In this document: positions 28,836 to 38,759 of the stretch, in pieces
Layout: each line of letters begins with the position of its first letter
Position numbering within the stretch: position 1 is the first letter of the stretch
Origin: Candidatus Fervidifonticultor sextus
Lineage (GTDB): Bacteria; Sysuimicrobiota; Sysuimicrobiia; Sysuimicrobiales; Humicultoraceae
Assembly (NCBI GenBank): GCA_031459875.1
Contig: JAVKHQ010000010.1
Coordinates: 12,352-76,351 of the forward strand
Reading direction: 5' to 3'
Length of the DNA stretch: 64,000 nt
Translations under genes and position numbers: made by a program
The notes under the pieces: generated by a model
What the model was told of the DNA's origin: nothing
Databases searched by the model: none
The model's input: only the letters and a program-made list of their open reading frames with translations

Positions 28836-29515
28836 CCCTCCCGATGCGTGGTGTCCCCCGTCGCTCTCGGAACGAACTGGAAGTCGCAGTGGGCGTCCCC
28901 CAGGCCGATGGCGGTCGGCCGCAGCAGCCGGTGCGTGGGGTGGCCGTCCATGAACCGCTCGTCGGTCTCGCAGAAGAACGGGATCAGTTCGGGCACCCCG
29001 GCCCGTTCCATCGCCAGGCACCAGTTGCAGCCCGTAACCTGGAACCGGACGTAGTCAGGCGTGTACGCCAGCAGCCTGCCCTCGCACGAGAAAAACCGCA
29101 TCGCGGCTTCGAACTGCCGCTGGACCTCGTCGGGGTCGGCGGCGAACCCCGGAGGCGGCGGGCTGGTCAGGCTCAACCCCTGCACCGCCCGGGGCGCGCC
29201 GCCGGAGGCCACCCGTCGAGCGGCCGCGTCGTGGGCGTGGCCCACGAGGCCGGAGTGCACGATCGCCCGCCGGGCGACGGCCAGGGCCACCTCGCGGCCC
29301 GCCCGCGCCAGGACCGCCCGGTAGAGGTCGGCGAAGGGGCGGAGTTCCGCGAAGAGGGCGTCGAGGTCCCGCGGGCCGGCCGGCAGCAGGTCCGGCAGGT
29401 CGCCGATGCCGGTCTCCCGGAGGATGACCTCGGCTTCGGCCTCACCCAGGGCCTCAGTCACGGCCAGACGGCACACCTGCTTCTGCACGCGGTTCGGCCG
29501 CAAGGTCCCCCCCAT
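28832..29515 (-). CDS. L-2-amino-thiazoline-4-carboxylate hydrolase-like protein
   Basis: FQVTGCNW, FCETD, RPTAIGLGDAHCDFQF pattern. Confidence 0.75.
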   Translation of the reverse strand: MGGTLRPNRVQKQVCRLAVTEALGEAEAEVILRETGIGDLPDLLPAGPRDLDALFAELRPFADLYRAVLARAGREVALAVARRAIVHSGLVGHAHDAAARRVASGGAPRAVQGLSLTSPPPPGFAADPDEVQRQFEAAMRFFSCEGRLLAYTPDYVRFQVTGCNWCLAMERAGVPELIPFFCETDERFMDGHPTHRLLRPTAIGLGDAHCDFQFVPRATGDTTHREG

Positions 29516-29624
29516 GTGGCAGTCGGAATTCGCTGCCGGGCGCGGCGACCCCTGGCGCAATGGACGCCCGCAGGCGCAAACCCGCCGTTAGACCCGCCGA
29601 CCGCTCTGTGGTAGAACTGAACCG

Positions 29625-30638
29625 ATGAACGCTGGGCCGCTGCGCTTCGGACTGCGGTTCAACAGCGGGTCCGGGACCATCCGCGAGGTCGTCCGATGGG
29701 CCCAGCTCGCGGAAGAGGCGGGCTTCGACGACCTCTGGTACTGCCAGGACCTCATGCAGCGGGATGCCTGGGTGGTCCTCACCGCCGTTGCCTCTGCCAC
29801 CCGCCGCATTCGGATCGGCACGTGCATCGTCAACCCGTTCTCGGCCAGCCCCGCCGAGATCGCCATGCGCGCGGCCAGCCTCCAGGAGTACAGCGAAGGC
29901 CGGTTCGTGTTGGGGATCGGTCCCGGGGATCCCCCTTACCTGGCCTGGGCCGGCCTGGCACAGCGCCGGCCGCTGACCGGGCTGCGGGAGGCGGTGCGGC
30001 TGCTGCGGGCGCTGCTGCGGGGCGAGGATGCCCCGTTCAACGGGGACGTCTTCAAGGGGTGGACTCCCGGCGCGCGGTTGAGATTCCCCCTGCCCTCGCG
30101 TCCGATCCCCATCTACATCGGCGGCCAGGGGCCGAAGGTGAGCGAGTTCATGGGGGAGGCTGGAGACGGCGCGCTGCCCATCGCGTTCCCTCCTGAGACG
30201 ATCGACGCGGCGGTCGGGCGGATCCGCGCCGGCGCCGCGCGCGCGGGCCGGTCGCTGGACGGGTTCGACCTGGCGGCCTGTGTCTGGTGGTCGGTGGACG
30301 AGACCCACGAGGCCGCCGAGGAGGCGCTGCGCCCGCTGATCGCCTACTACGGCCCGTCGCTGCGCGCAGAAACGCTGGCCCCCATCGGCCTGACCCCGCA
30401 GGATTTCGACGAGGTGCGCGCGGCCTGGGAGGCGGGCGACCTCCCCCGGGCCGCAGACCTGGTCCGGCCTCCCATGTTCCGGCTGGCCGTCACCGGCACG
30501 CCGGAGGAGGTCGCCGGCCGTGTGCGCTGGCTGCAGGCGCGGGGGGCCACGCAGGTCAGCATCGGCCCGCCGCTCGGCCCCGACAGGGAACGGGCGCTGC
30601 GCCTGACGGCCGAGCGCGTCATCGCCCGGTTCCGGTAA
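29625..30638 (+). CDS. LLM-class flavin/F420-dependent oxidoreductase (Mer-like)
   Basis: AEEAGFD, TRRIRIGT, GRFVLGIGPG, IPIYIGGQGP. Confidence 0.9.
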   Translation: MNAGPLRFGLRFNSGSGTIREVVRWAQLAEEAGFDDLWYCQDLMQRDAWVVLTAVASATRRIRIGTCIVNPFSASPAEIAMRAASLQEYSEGRFVLGIGPGDPPYLAWAGLAQRRPLTGLREAVRLLRALLRGEDAPFNGDVFKGWTPGARLRFPLPSRPIPIYIGGQGPKVSEFMGEAGDGALPIAFPPETIDAAVGRIRAGAARAGRSLDGFDLAACVWWSVDETHEAAEEALRPLIAYYGPSLRAETLAPIGLTPQDFDEVRAAWEAGDLPRAADLVRPPMFRLAVTGTPEEVAGRVRWLQARGATQVSIGPPLGPDRERALRLTAERVIARFR

Positions 30639-30650
30639 CCGCCCGGCGGC

Positions 30651-30847
30651 CTACGCGAGTTCCATGCCTTCGTGGGCGACTTCCAGGGTCTCGTCGTCGA
30701 ACAGCACGTCGAGGATCACCTCGGGGCCGGCGGCCCTGCCGCCGCTCTTCCGGCCATGAACTGGCGGATCGAGTGGAGCATCGCCCAGAGGCTTTCGGTG
30801 GAGGCGGGGGCTTCCCTCTCGACGGTCGTCGGGTGTTCCGGAACCAT
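30651..30847 (-). pseudogene. Small hypothetical ORF apparently split by a frameshift
   Basis: MVPEHPTT...SLWAMLHSIRQFMAG in one frame continues as GPEVILDVLFDDETLEVAHEGMELA* in another. Confidence 0.4.
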
Positions 30848-30902
30848 CCGGCACCGGATGCTATACTGATGAACGTCAGGTCGGTCTCCGGAGGCTGGTC
30901 CC

Positions 30903-31796
30903 ATGCGGCTCGGCGTCGTCTTCCCTCAGACCGAGATCGGGATCGACCCGCATGTCATCCGTGACTTCGCCCAGGCCGTCGAGGGCCTCGGCTACGACCA
31001 CCTGCTGATCTACGATCACGTCCTGGGGGCCGAGGTGACGAACCGCCCCGGTTGGATAGGGTACGACCTCAAGGACCCCTTCCACGAACCGCTCGTCCTC
31101 TACGGCTACCTCGCCGCCTGCACGCGCCGGATCGAACTGGCCACCGGCATCCTCATCCTTCCGCAGCGCCAGACCGCGCTGGTCGCCAAGCAGGCCGCCG
31201 AGGTGGACCTCCTCTCCGGCGGCCGACTGCGGCTGGGCGTCGGCCTGGGGTGGAATACCGTGGAGTACGAGGCCCTGGGGATGGACTTCCACACGCGCGG
31301 CGCGCGGATGGCCGAGCAGGTGAAGGTGCTGCGGGCGCTGTGGACTCGGGAGTCGGTGACATTCCGCGGACGGTGGCACACCATCGTCGAGGCGGGCATC
31401 AACCCAAGACCGGTCCAACGGCCGATCCCCCTCTGGATGGGCGGGCAGTCCGAGGCCGCCCTGCGGCGCGCAGGGCGCCTGGCCGACGGGTGGATGCCGG
31501 GAGGGACGCTGGTCAGCCCCACCTCCCGCATGCCTGCCGCGTCCCCGCAGGACCTCGTCGCGCGGCTGCGCCGCTATGCCCGAGATGCCGGACGGGATCC
31601 GGCCGGCGTGGGCATCGAGGCGCGCATCTCCATGGATCAGGGCGGGCCGGACGACTGGCGACGCCTGGCCGACGAGTGGCGGGCCCTGGGAGCCACGCAC
31701 CTGAGCGTGGCCACCATGCGGGGGGGCTTCAAGACGCCGGACGCCCACATTGAAGCGGTCAGGCGGTTCCGCGAGGCGGTGCGACAGGCGGGTTGA
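30903..31796 (+). CDS. LLM-class probable F420-dependent oxidoreductase
   Basis: VFPQTEIG, YDHVLG, FHEPLVL, ILILPQRQT, GLGWNTVEY. Confidence 0.9.
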   Translation: MRLGVVFPQTEIGIDPHVIRDFAQAVEGLGYDHLLIYDHVLGAEVTNRPGWIGYDLKDPFHEPLVLYGYLAACTRRIELATGILILPQRQTALVAKQAAEVDLLSGGRLRLGVGLGWNTVEYEALGMDFHTRGARMAEQVKVLRALWTRESVTFRGRWHTIVEAGINPRPVQRPIPLWMGGQSEAALRRAGRLADGWMPGGTLVSPTSRMPAASPQDLVARLRRYARDAGRDPAGVGIEARISMDQGGPDDWRRLADEWRALGATHLSVATMRGGFKTPDAHIEAVRRFREAVRQAG

Positions 31797-31800
31797 CGCC

Positions 31801-34800
31801 GTGGCGTCACAAGACAGGACCATTGCCAGCAGGACGCCGGGCGGCCTGCCGACGGGCACGGTCAGCTTTCTCTTTACGGACATCGAGGGCTCGACCGACC
31901 TCCTCCAGCGCGTGGGCGACGAGGCCTATCGCGACATCCTGGAGCAGCACCACCGGTTGATGCGCGGCGCCTTCGAGCCGGTCGGTGGTGTCGAGGTGGA
32001 CACTCAGGGCGACGCCTTCTTCGTCGCGTTCGCAAGCGCGCCCGCCTCGATTGCAGCCGCGGTCGCCGCGCAGTCGGCCTTCGCGGCGCACGGGTGGCCC
32101 GACGGGGTCACCGTCCGCGTCCGCATGGGCCTCCACACCGGCGAGCCCACGCTGGGGCCCGGCGGCTATGTCGGCATCGACGTCCACCGCGCCGCGCGGA
32201 TCTGCGCGGCGGGCTACGGAGGCCAGATCCTGATCTCCGAGCGCACGCACTCCGCGGTGCAGGAGGCCCTCCCCGAGGGCATCACGCTGCGCGACCTGGG
32301 CGAGCACCGGCTCAAGGACCTGGCCCGGCCCGAGCATATCTTCCAGGCCGTCATCCCCGGGCTGCCCGCCGACTTCCCGCCGCTCAAGTCGCTGGACGTC
32401 AGGACGACCAACCTGCCGTCGCGGCACCTCACCAGCTTCATCGGACGCGAACGGGAGACCGCCGAGATCAAGCGGCTGCTGGGGGAGGCGCATCTGGTCA
32501 CGCTGATGGGGCCCGGCGGATCGGGGAAGACCCGGCTGGCCCTCCAGGTGGCGGCCGACCTGCTCGAGGCGTTCCCCAGGGGCGCCTGGCTGGTGGAACT
32601 TGCGCCGATTGCGGACCCCGGGCTCGTGCCCCAGACCGTGGCGTCCGTCTTCGGCGTGCGGGAGGGCCCCGGCCGGCCGCTGCTGGACGCGCTGGTGGAC
32701 TACCTGCGCCCGCGGGACCTCCTGCTCGTGCTGGACAACTGCGAGCACCTCGTCGAGGCCGCGGCATCCCTGGCGGGGACGCTGCTGCGCGGCTGCCAGA
32801 TGCTGCGGATCCTGGCGACCAGCCGGGAGGCCCTGGCGGTGCCCGGTGAGGTCACATACCGCGTCCCCCCGCTGGGGGTTCCCGACCCGCGCCGGGGTGC
32901 CACGGTCGAGCAGGTGATGCAGTCGGCCGCGGCTCGGCTCTTCATCGAGCGGGCGGTGCTGAGCAACCCGGCGTTCGCCGTCGACGAGACCAACGCGGGG
33001 GCCATCGCCCAGGTGGTCCAACGGCTGGACGGGATCCCGCTGGCCATCGAACTGGCGGCGGCGCGCGTGAGGGTGCTCCCGGTGGGTCAGATCGCCCGGC
33101 GGCTCGACGACCGGTTCCGCCTGCTGACCGGCGGCGGCCGCGGCGGGCTGGCCCACCACCAAACGCTGCGGGCGGCGGTGGACTGGAGCTACGACCTGCT
33201 CTCGCCGGAGGAGCGGGCGCTCTTCAGGCGGCTGTCGGTGTTCGCCGGCGGCTTCACCCTTGAGGCTGCGGAAGCGGTGTGCACGGGTGAGGGGGGTGAT
33301 AGCTCCGACGTCCTCGACTTCCTGACGCGCCTGGTGGACAAGTCGCTGGTCGGCACCGAGAGCATCGCCGGCGATCTCCGCTACCGGATGCTGGAGACGA
33401 TCCGCCAGTACAGCCGCGAGCGGTTGGCCGAGGCGGACGAGGCGGACGCGATCCGGCAGCGACACCTGACCTGGTACCTCGCCGCAGCCGAACAGGCGGG
33501 ACCCGCGCTCCGGGGGCCCGACCAGCTCCTCTGGCTGGAGCGGCTGGAACTGGAACACGACAACTTCCGGGCGGCGCTCGAATGGGCGAAGAAAAACGAC
33601 GCCGGAGGCGTCGAGGCCGGGCTGCAGCTGGCGGGGGCGCTGCACCGATTCTGGGTGCTCCGGGGCTATCTGCGCGAAGGCCGGGAGTGGCTGGAAGCGT
33701 TCCTGTCCGAGGCCGCCGAGGGCCCGACGCCCGCGCGCGCCAGAGCGGCCTATGGGGCGGCGGTGCTGGCGTTCCACCAGGGAGACTACGCGCGGGCCGA
33801 GGCACGGAGCACGGAGAGCCTGGCGGCCTACCGGAAACTCGGGCACGCCGAGGGCACCGCGCTGTCGCTCAACACCCTGGGGATCGCGGCCAGGAACCGC
33901 GGCGACTACGTGCAGGCGCGGTCGCTGCTGGAACAGAGCGCGGCCATCAGCCGGACCGCCGGGCACCGCTGGGCGCTGGCCGAAGCCCTCAACATCCTGG
34001 GGGTGACGGCGAGGCGGCAGGGCGATCTTGCCGCGGCGACAGCGCTGGTCGAGGAGAGCCTCGCGCTCTGGCGGCAACTGGGGGACCGGTGGGGGCTCGC
34101 GGCGTCCCTCGGCCACCTGGGAGTTGTGGCGCGTCAGCGGGGTGACTACGAACGGTCCAGGGCACTCCACGAAGAGAGCCTGGCGCTGCGGCGGGAACTG
34201 GGCGACAGACGGAATATCGCGGCAGCGCTGATGAGCCTCGGCATTGTGGCACGACACCTCGGGGACTACCAGCAAGCCGGGGCGATACTGGAAGAGAGCC
34301 TGACCCTCTCAAGAGAACTCGGCGACAAGATGAGTGTCGCCGCCAGCCTGTGCAGCCTGGGGTTGGTCGCCCATCGACGGGGTGAGGACGAGCGCGCGGC
34401 GGCGTTGCTGGAGGAGAGCCTGGCGCTGTCGAGGGCGCTGGGAGACAGGGTGAACCACGCGGCGGCGTTGTGCAACCTCGGATTCGTGGCGGCGCACCAG
34501 GGCGACTACGCGCGGGCCGGGGCGCTCCACCGGGAGAGCCTGAACCTCTACCGGTCCCTCGGAGACTGGTCAGCGATCGCCGACTGCCTGACCGGCCTCG
34601 CCGACGTGAGCGCGGCCGAAGGGCAGGCCGACCGGGCGGCACGCTTTCTGGGAGCCACGGACGCGCTGCGTCGCGCGCGTGGCGTCCCGCTGCCGCCGGC
34701 GGACCGGGTGCTCTATGAACGGGCCGTGGCATCGGCTCGGACGCTGCTCGGCGAGGAGGCCTTTGCGGCGGCATGGGCCTCCGGACAGACGATGTCGACC

Positions 34801-34836
34801 GACGAGGCCATCCGCGAAGCCCTCACCTCCCGCTGA
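31801..34836 (+). CDS. Class III adenylate/guanylate cyclase + STAND (NB-ARC-like) ATPase + TPR protein
   Basis: LFTDIEGST, QGDAF, GLHTG; GPGGSGKTRL, LVLDNCEH, DGIPLAIELAA; ~40-aa TPR-like repeats. Confidence 0.93.
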   Translation: MASQDRTIASRTPGGLPTGTVSFLFTDIEGSTDLLQRVGDEAYRDILEQHHRLMRGAFEPVGGVEVDTQGDAFFVAFASAPASIAAAVAAQSAFAAHGWPDGVTVRVRMGLHTGEPTLGPGGYVGIDVHRAARICAAGYGGQILISERTHSAVQEALPEGITLRDLGEHRLKDLARPEHIFQAVIPGLPADFPPLKSLDVRTTNLPSRHLTSFIGRERETAEIKRLLGEAHLVTLMGPGGSGKTRLALQVAADLLEAFPRGAWLVELAPIADPGLVPQTVASVFGVREGPGRPLLDALVDYLRPRDLLLVLDNCEHLVEAAASLAGTLLRGCQMLRILATSREALAVPGEVTYRVPPLGVPDPRRGATVEQVMQSAAARLFIERAVLSNPAFAVDETNAGAIAQVVQRLDGIPLAIELAAARVRVLPVGQIARRLDDRFRLLTGGGRGGLAHHQTLRAAVDWSYDLLSPEERALFRRLSVFAGGFTLEAAEAVCTGEGGDSSDVLDFLTRLVDKSLVGTESIAGDLRYRMLETIRQYSRERLAEADEADAIRQRHLTWYLAAAEQAGPALRGPDQLLWLERLELEHDNFRAALEWAKKNDAGGVEAGLQLAGALHRFWVLRGYLREGREWLEAFLSEAAEGPTPARARAAYGAAVLAFHQGDYARAEARSTESLAAYRKLGHAEGTALSLNTLGIAARNRGDYVQARSLLEQSAAISRTAGHRWALAEALNILGVTARRQGDLAAATALVEESLALWRQLGDRWGLAASLGHLGVVARQRGDYERSRALHEESLALRRELGDRRNIAAALMSLGIVARHLGDYQQAGAILEESLTLSRELGDKMSVAASLCSLGLVAHRRGEDERAAALLEESLALSRALGDRVNHAAALCNLGFVAAHQGDYARAGALHRESLNLYRSLGDWSAIADCLTGLADVSAAEGQADRAARFLGATDALRRARGVPLPPADRVLYERAVASARTLLGEEAFAAAWASGQTMSTDEAIREALTSR

Positions 34837-34933
34837 AGGAATCCCCCACCGGACGGGGAATTGGCGGTCACATCCCTGGGGATGCGGCCGGACCATGCCG
34901 GCTCCGGCAACGAGGGAAGGGGGTTGCCCTCCG

Positions 34934-36301
34934 ATGGTGCTCATTCGCAAGGCGCCCCGGCGTGCGGCGCCTGTGGTTCTTTTTGTGCTCCTTCTGGCTT
35001 CACCGGTGGTCGGCCCGTCTGTGCGGCCCGCCTCAGGGCACATTGGCGAGGCGCCGTTCTCGTCGGTGGCCGCGCCGGTCGGCGTCGCGGCCACTCCCGG
35101 CAGGCTGCTCGTCACCACCCCCTTCTGCGGGAACCCGCGCCAGGTGCTCTCAATCGACAGTACCGGCGCGGCCCGCGTGTTCGCCACCCTGTCCCCGCGG
35201 GACGGCGGCTGTTTCGAGGAGTACATTGCGGTGGCTGCGCCGGCGGACCCCACCAGGCCCGGATTCCCCTCCCCGACGAGGGGCGGGTTCCCGTCGAACT
35301 ACGCCTACGTCACACAGGGCCAGAATGTTGTCCAGATCGCGCTCGACGGAACCGTCTCGCCGTTTGCCGTGATTCCGGCCTGCGAGCCATCGCGCAACGG
35401 CATCACCTTCGACGACGCAGGCCTGTTCGGCTACAACATGATCGTGGCCTGCGCCAACGGCAAGATCTACAGGGTCACCGCCGCGGGCGTCACGAGTCTG
35501 ATCACCGATGTCGCCGACAGGCTGGGCCTCAAGAGCGTCAGGATCGAGAACCCCGACGTCGCCCCGATGGCGTTCGCCCCGTACGGCGGCCATCTCTTCG
35601 TGGCCGCGGAGCTCCTGGGCAAGGTGCTGGCCATCTCCCCCGCGGGGGACGTGGCCGTCGTGGCCAGCTGGGCCGGGGCGGAAGGCGTCCACTTCGTCCC
35701 CGCCCAGAAGTGTGACTTCGGCACTTCCGGTGGGACGTTCTTCACAGCGTTGAAGGGCGTGGGGGGCCCGGGGGGCCTGATCAAGTTCCCCATGGCGGCG
35801 TTTGCCGGCAAGAGCGGGCGGGCGCTGGTGACCAGCGAGACCGGCGCGGGCATCGGCCTGCTGACCCCCACCGGCGCGCCTGTCATCGTCCCCACGCTCT
35901 TCCACGAGAACATCGGCCGCCACGAGGGATCCGCCTTCGTGGACTGCACCACCCCCCTGCTGCTGCGGATCATCGTGAAGCCCGGGAGCATCCCCCACAC
36001 CATCAACCCGAAAAGTTCCGGGACCGTACCGGTGGCGATCCTCTCCAGCCCGATCTTCAACGCGCTGACCCAGGTCGTCACCTCGTCGATCACCTTCGGG
36101 ATGACGGGCATCGAGCGCAGCCTGGCCTCCTGCAACCGGTCCGGCCAGGACGTCAATGGCGACGGCCTCCTGGACATGACCTGCCACTTCTTTGCCACCA
36201 GGTTGGGGATCACAACGAACGGCGTCTACCGCGGCCCACTGATCCTCAAACTGAAGTACACCGCTCCGGGTGGCGATCCAGATGGAGAAGGGGCCGACTA
36301 G
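34934..36301 (+). CDS. Exported hypothetical protein, beta-propeller-like with a C-terminal KPGS..INPKS..PVAIL domain
   Basis: Signal peptide, beta-rich repeats, DVNGDGLLD Ca-binding-like motif. Confidence 0.75.
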   Translation: MVLIRKAPRRAAPVVLFVLLLASPVVGPSVRPASGHIGEAPFSSVAAPVGVAATPGRLLVTTPFCGNPRQVLSIDSTGAARVFATLSPRDGGCFEEYIAVAAPADPTRPGFPSPTRGGFPSNYAYVTQGQNVVQIALDGTVSPFAVIPACEPSRNGITFDDAGLFGYNMIVACANGKIYRVTAAGVTSLITDVADRLGLKSVRIENPDVAPMAFAPYGGHLFVAAELLGKVLAISPAGDVAVVASWAGAEGVHFVPAQKCDFGTSGGTFFTALKGVGGPGGLIKFPMAAFAGKSGRALVTSETGAGIGLLTPTGAPVIVPTLFHENIGRHEGSAFVDCTTPLLLRIIVKPGSIPHTINPKSSGTVPVAILSSPIFNALTQVVTSSITFGMTGIERSLASCNRSGQDVNGDGLLDMTCHFFATRLGITTNGVYRGPLILKLKYTAPGGDPDGEGAD

Positions 36302-36305
36302 CGTC

Positions 36306-37727
36306 CTACGGCAACTCCTCCCACGCCGCCACCCAGGCCACGACCGGAGCGTCGTCCGGCACCTCGAGGCCCGGCGTGCCCAGCACGGCGGGGTCGTAGC
36401 GGATGACCGCGTCGCCTCCGAAATTGCGGAAACTGAACTCGGGGTCGGCCCCGAGCACCGCCCCGACCACATCCAGGCGCGCGTCCCTGCCGATATCGAT
36501 TGACCGGTCGGCGTAGACCAGGCCGTGGGCGCGCAGCCGGGCGCCCAGCGTGGCCACCAGGGCGCCGTCGTCCAACACCAGCAACGCCGGGAGCGTCCGG
36601 GTGGAGGCCGAATGGGTGATCTCTAGGGAGGCCTCGCGGCCGAGGTAGACGGTGCTTTCGGCGATCAGCGCGCCGTCTGCGATCTGCAACCGCTGACCGT
36701 CGACCAGGTAGAGTCCGGCCTGCAGGTAGACGACGCCGCGGAAGATCCCCGGCAGGCGCACGGCCCGCAGGTAGGCCAGGAGCAGTTCGAACTCGTTGCG
36801 CGAGTAGAGGCTGTCACGCTTCGCGGCCAGGTCGAGGTCGCCCGCATGTCGGCCCGCCGCAAAATTCAGGCGGGCGTTGGCGGTGTTGGCCGCGGCCAGC
36901 GTCCGGTAGTAGGCGCGGTTTACCTCCGGCAGGACGGGCAACTCCGCTTCGCGGATGACCACGCCTTCAACATAGACTCCCATGACGCGCAGCTGCTGCA
37001 GATCCACCCGCCGACCGTCGGGCCCCAGCGTCAGGCCGGCGCCGCGGGCGAGCAGCAGCCGGACCGGCCCGGGCCTCAGCGGGACCGCCGTGCCGCCGGC
37101 GCCTTCCGGGGCATCCAGGGGCCCCGGGCCTGCCTGGACGGCCCTGAAGGGATCGTTGATGGACACGCCGGTGGTGGCGAATCCGATGCCCGCGCCGGCG
37201 GCGATGTGGATCCACGGTCGGTCCCCGATGCCGGCCCCGTACGGCAGGAGGACCATCGCGGCCGGGGGCCGCTCGAGGAAGACGAAACTCGCCCCGTACA
37301 GCGCCGCCAGCAGCGAGGGCGGCGCGAGGTAGACCCGCGCCCGCACCCTGCGGATCATCCCCCCGGCTTCGCCGGCGCTGGTGACCCACACCCCGCCGCC
37401 GGGGGCGTCGATGATCGCGATCGTGAACCGGCCGTCAAACCCGCCGGCGCGCCACCCCTCGCCGTAGGCTGTGGGCCTCCAGGTGCGGCCCGACCTCACC
37501 CCGCCGGCGGCGGGCGTCTCCAGGATGCCGAGCGCCCGGTGCACCCCGGCCTCTGCGGCCGCCAGGGCCGCGGCCGACCGAAGGCGAGCCCCGGCCCGCG
37601 CCTGCTGCTGGCTGGTGAACCACACGAAGCTGAACGATGAACCAGAGACGGCGAGGAGCATGAGAAGCACGATGAGCAGCGCGATGCCCCCCTCGCGCGC
37701 CGTCCGGAAGACGGCAAAGATTCTCAT
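36306..37727 (-). CDS. PilX N-terminal-like (prepilin-type) hypothetical protein
   Basis: REGG-IALLIVLLMLL prepilin-like leader, ALAAAEAGV motif, beta-rich C-terminus ending AWEE. Confidence 0.7.
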   Translation of the reverse strand: MRIFAVFRTAREGGIALLIVLLMLLAVSGSSFSFVWFTSQQQARAGARLRSAAALAAAEAGVHRALGILETPAAGGVRSGRTWRPTAYGEGWRAGGFDGRFTIAIIDAPGGGVWVTSAGEAGGMIRRVRARVYLAPPSLLAALYGASFVFLERPPAAMVLLPYGAGIGDRPWIHIAAGAGIGFATTGVSINDPFRAVQAGPGPLDAPEGAGGTAVPLRPGPVRLLLARGAGLTLGPDGRRVDLQQLRVMGVYVEGVVIREAELPVLPEVNRAYYRTLAAANTANARLNFAAGRHAGDLDLAAKRDSLYSRNEFELLLAYLRAVRLPGIFRGVVYLQAGLYLVDGQRLQIADGALIAESTVYLGREASLEITHSASTRTLPALLVLDDGALVATLGARLRAHGLVYADRSIDIGRDARLDVVGAVLGADPEFSFRNFGGDAVIRYDPAVLGTPGLEVPDDAPVVAWVAAWEELP

Positions 37728-38254
37728 GTCCTGCCCATCACGCAGTGAGACAACGAGCCTGGGGATCGCCGCGGGAGTACTGAATAGGCGGCGTGTAGCC
37801 CAAAGCCGAGTGAGGCCGCGGGGCTCTGTCGAGTCACCCACAACCTGGACTACGATCTGGACCGTACTTCGTCTTCCCAATTCCGTCGAACACCAACAAC
37901 GCTCCGGACCGCGCAATCATGCGAAGACAGCCGTACTGCAGGCGGCGATCTACACAACCAATGGCAACGCGGCCTATGTCAACCCCTAACTCCGCAAGTA
38001 CTTCACCTTGAAACAGAGTGGCCGTGCCGGCCGTGGCGTGTGTACTGATGGACGCGCCAGTCTCTCTGTGGCCGTGCAGCCGCCCGGAAAACTTTCATCT
38101 CGGTCGCCGAGCATGATAGCTTTACTCAAAGCTCAACCACCTCTACGCAGGGATCTATCCAAGGCTTGCGGACACGTACCGGACTCGATTCGCCGATTGT
38201 CTCAAGTGGAACCGCTAACTCCAACACCGACAGCAGACGGTCGAGCATGAGTTC

Positions 38255-38732
38255 TTGATGCCGAAGGAAACCGCGCGTGACCCGAGGGAGCAGGACCCTC
38301 GCCGCCTGAGGGTGTGGCGTGCGGCCTGGACCGCGCCCGCCCTGGCCGGGCGGACCGGCATGCGGGTCAGCGCCCAGTGGATACGCCACTATCTGCATAT
38401 GTGCGCGGGAACGCACCCTGGCGGCCGACGTGGACGGTGCGAAATCTGGCCCGTCGGGATCCTCAGTGCGCAGCAAAAAGGCCCGCGCCGAGGCGCTCAC
38501 ACGGAGCCCGCCGCCTCGGGTAGATCTGTACGTCGAGGATGAAACGGAGCTGGCCTTGCCGCCCACCCTCACCCGCTGCTGGACGCGGCGGGGGGCAGCA
38601 GGGGAAGATCCCGGCTCCGGGGACCAATCGGGCCCGCGGGCGGCAGGCCCTCGTCCTCCCGACAATGCCGCGTTCCATCGGCCTGACAAATCGCCGCAGG
38701 TCGCGGCGCGCCTGCGCCGGCATGGCCCCTGA
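38255..38732 (+). mobile_element. Degenerate IS630-family transposase remnant
   Basis: WTAPALA (winged HTH), DLYVEDETEL.L.PTLTRCW, RRGQQGKIPAPGTN and DNAAFH spread over three frames. Confidence 0.8.
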
Positions 38733-38759
38733 AGAAGCGCCCGAACGTCTCTTGGGCAA

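Noticed and set aside
31801-34836. STAND protein as an Avs-type antiphage system
   Set aside because: It has the common cyclase-ATPase-TPR signalling architecture, no nuclease/TIR/SIR2 effector and no defence-island context
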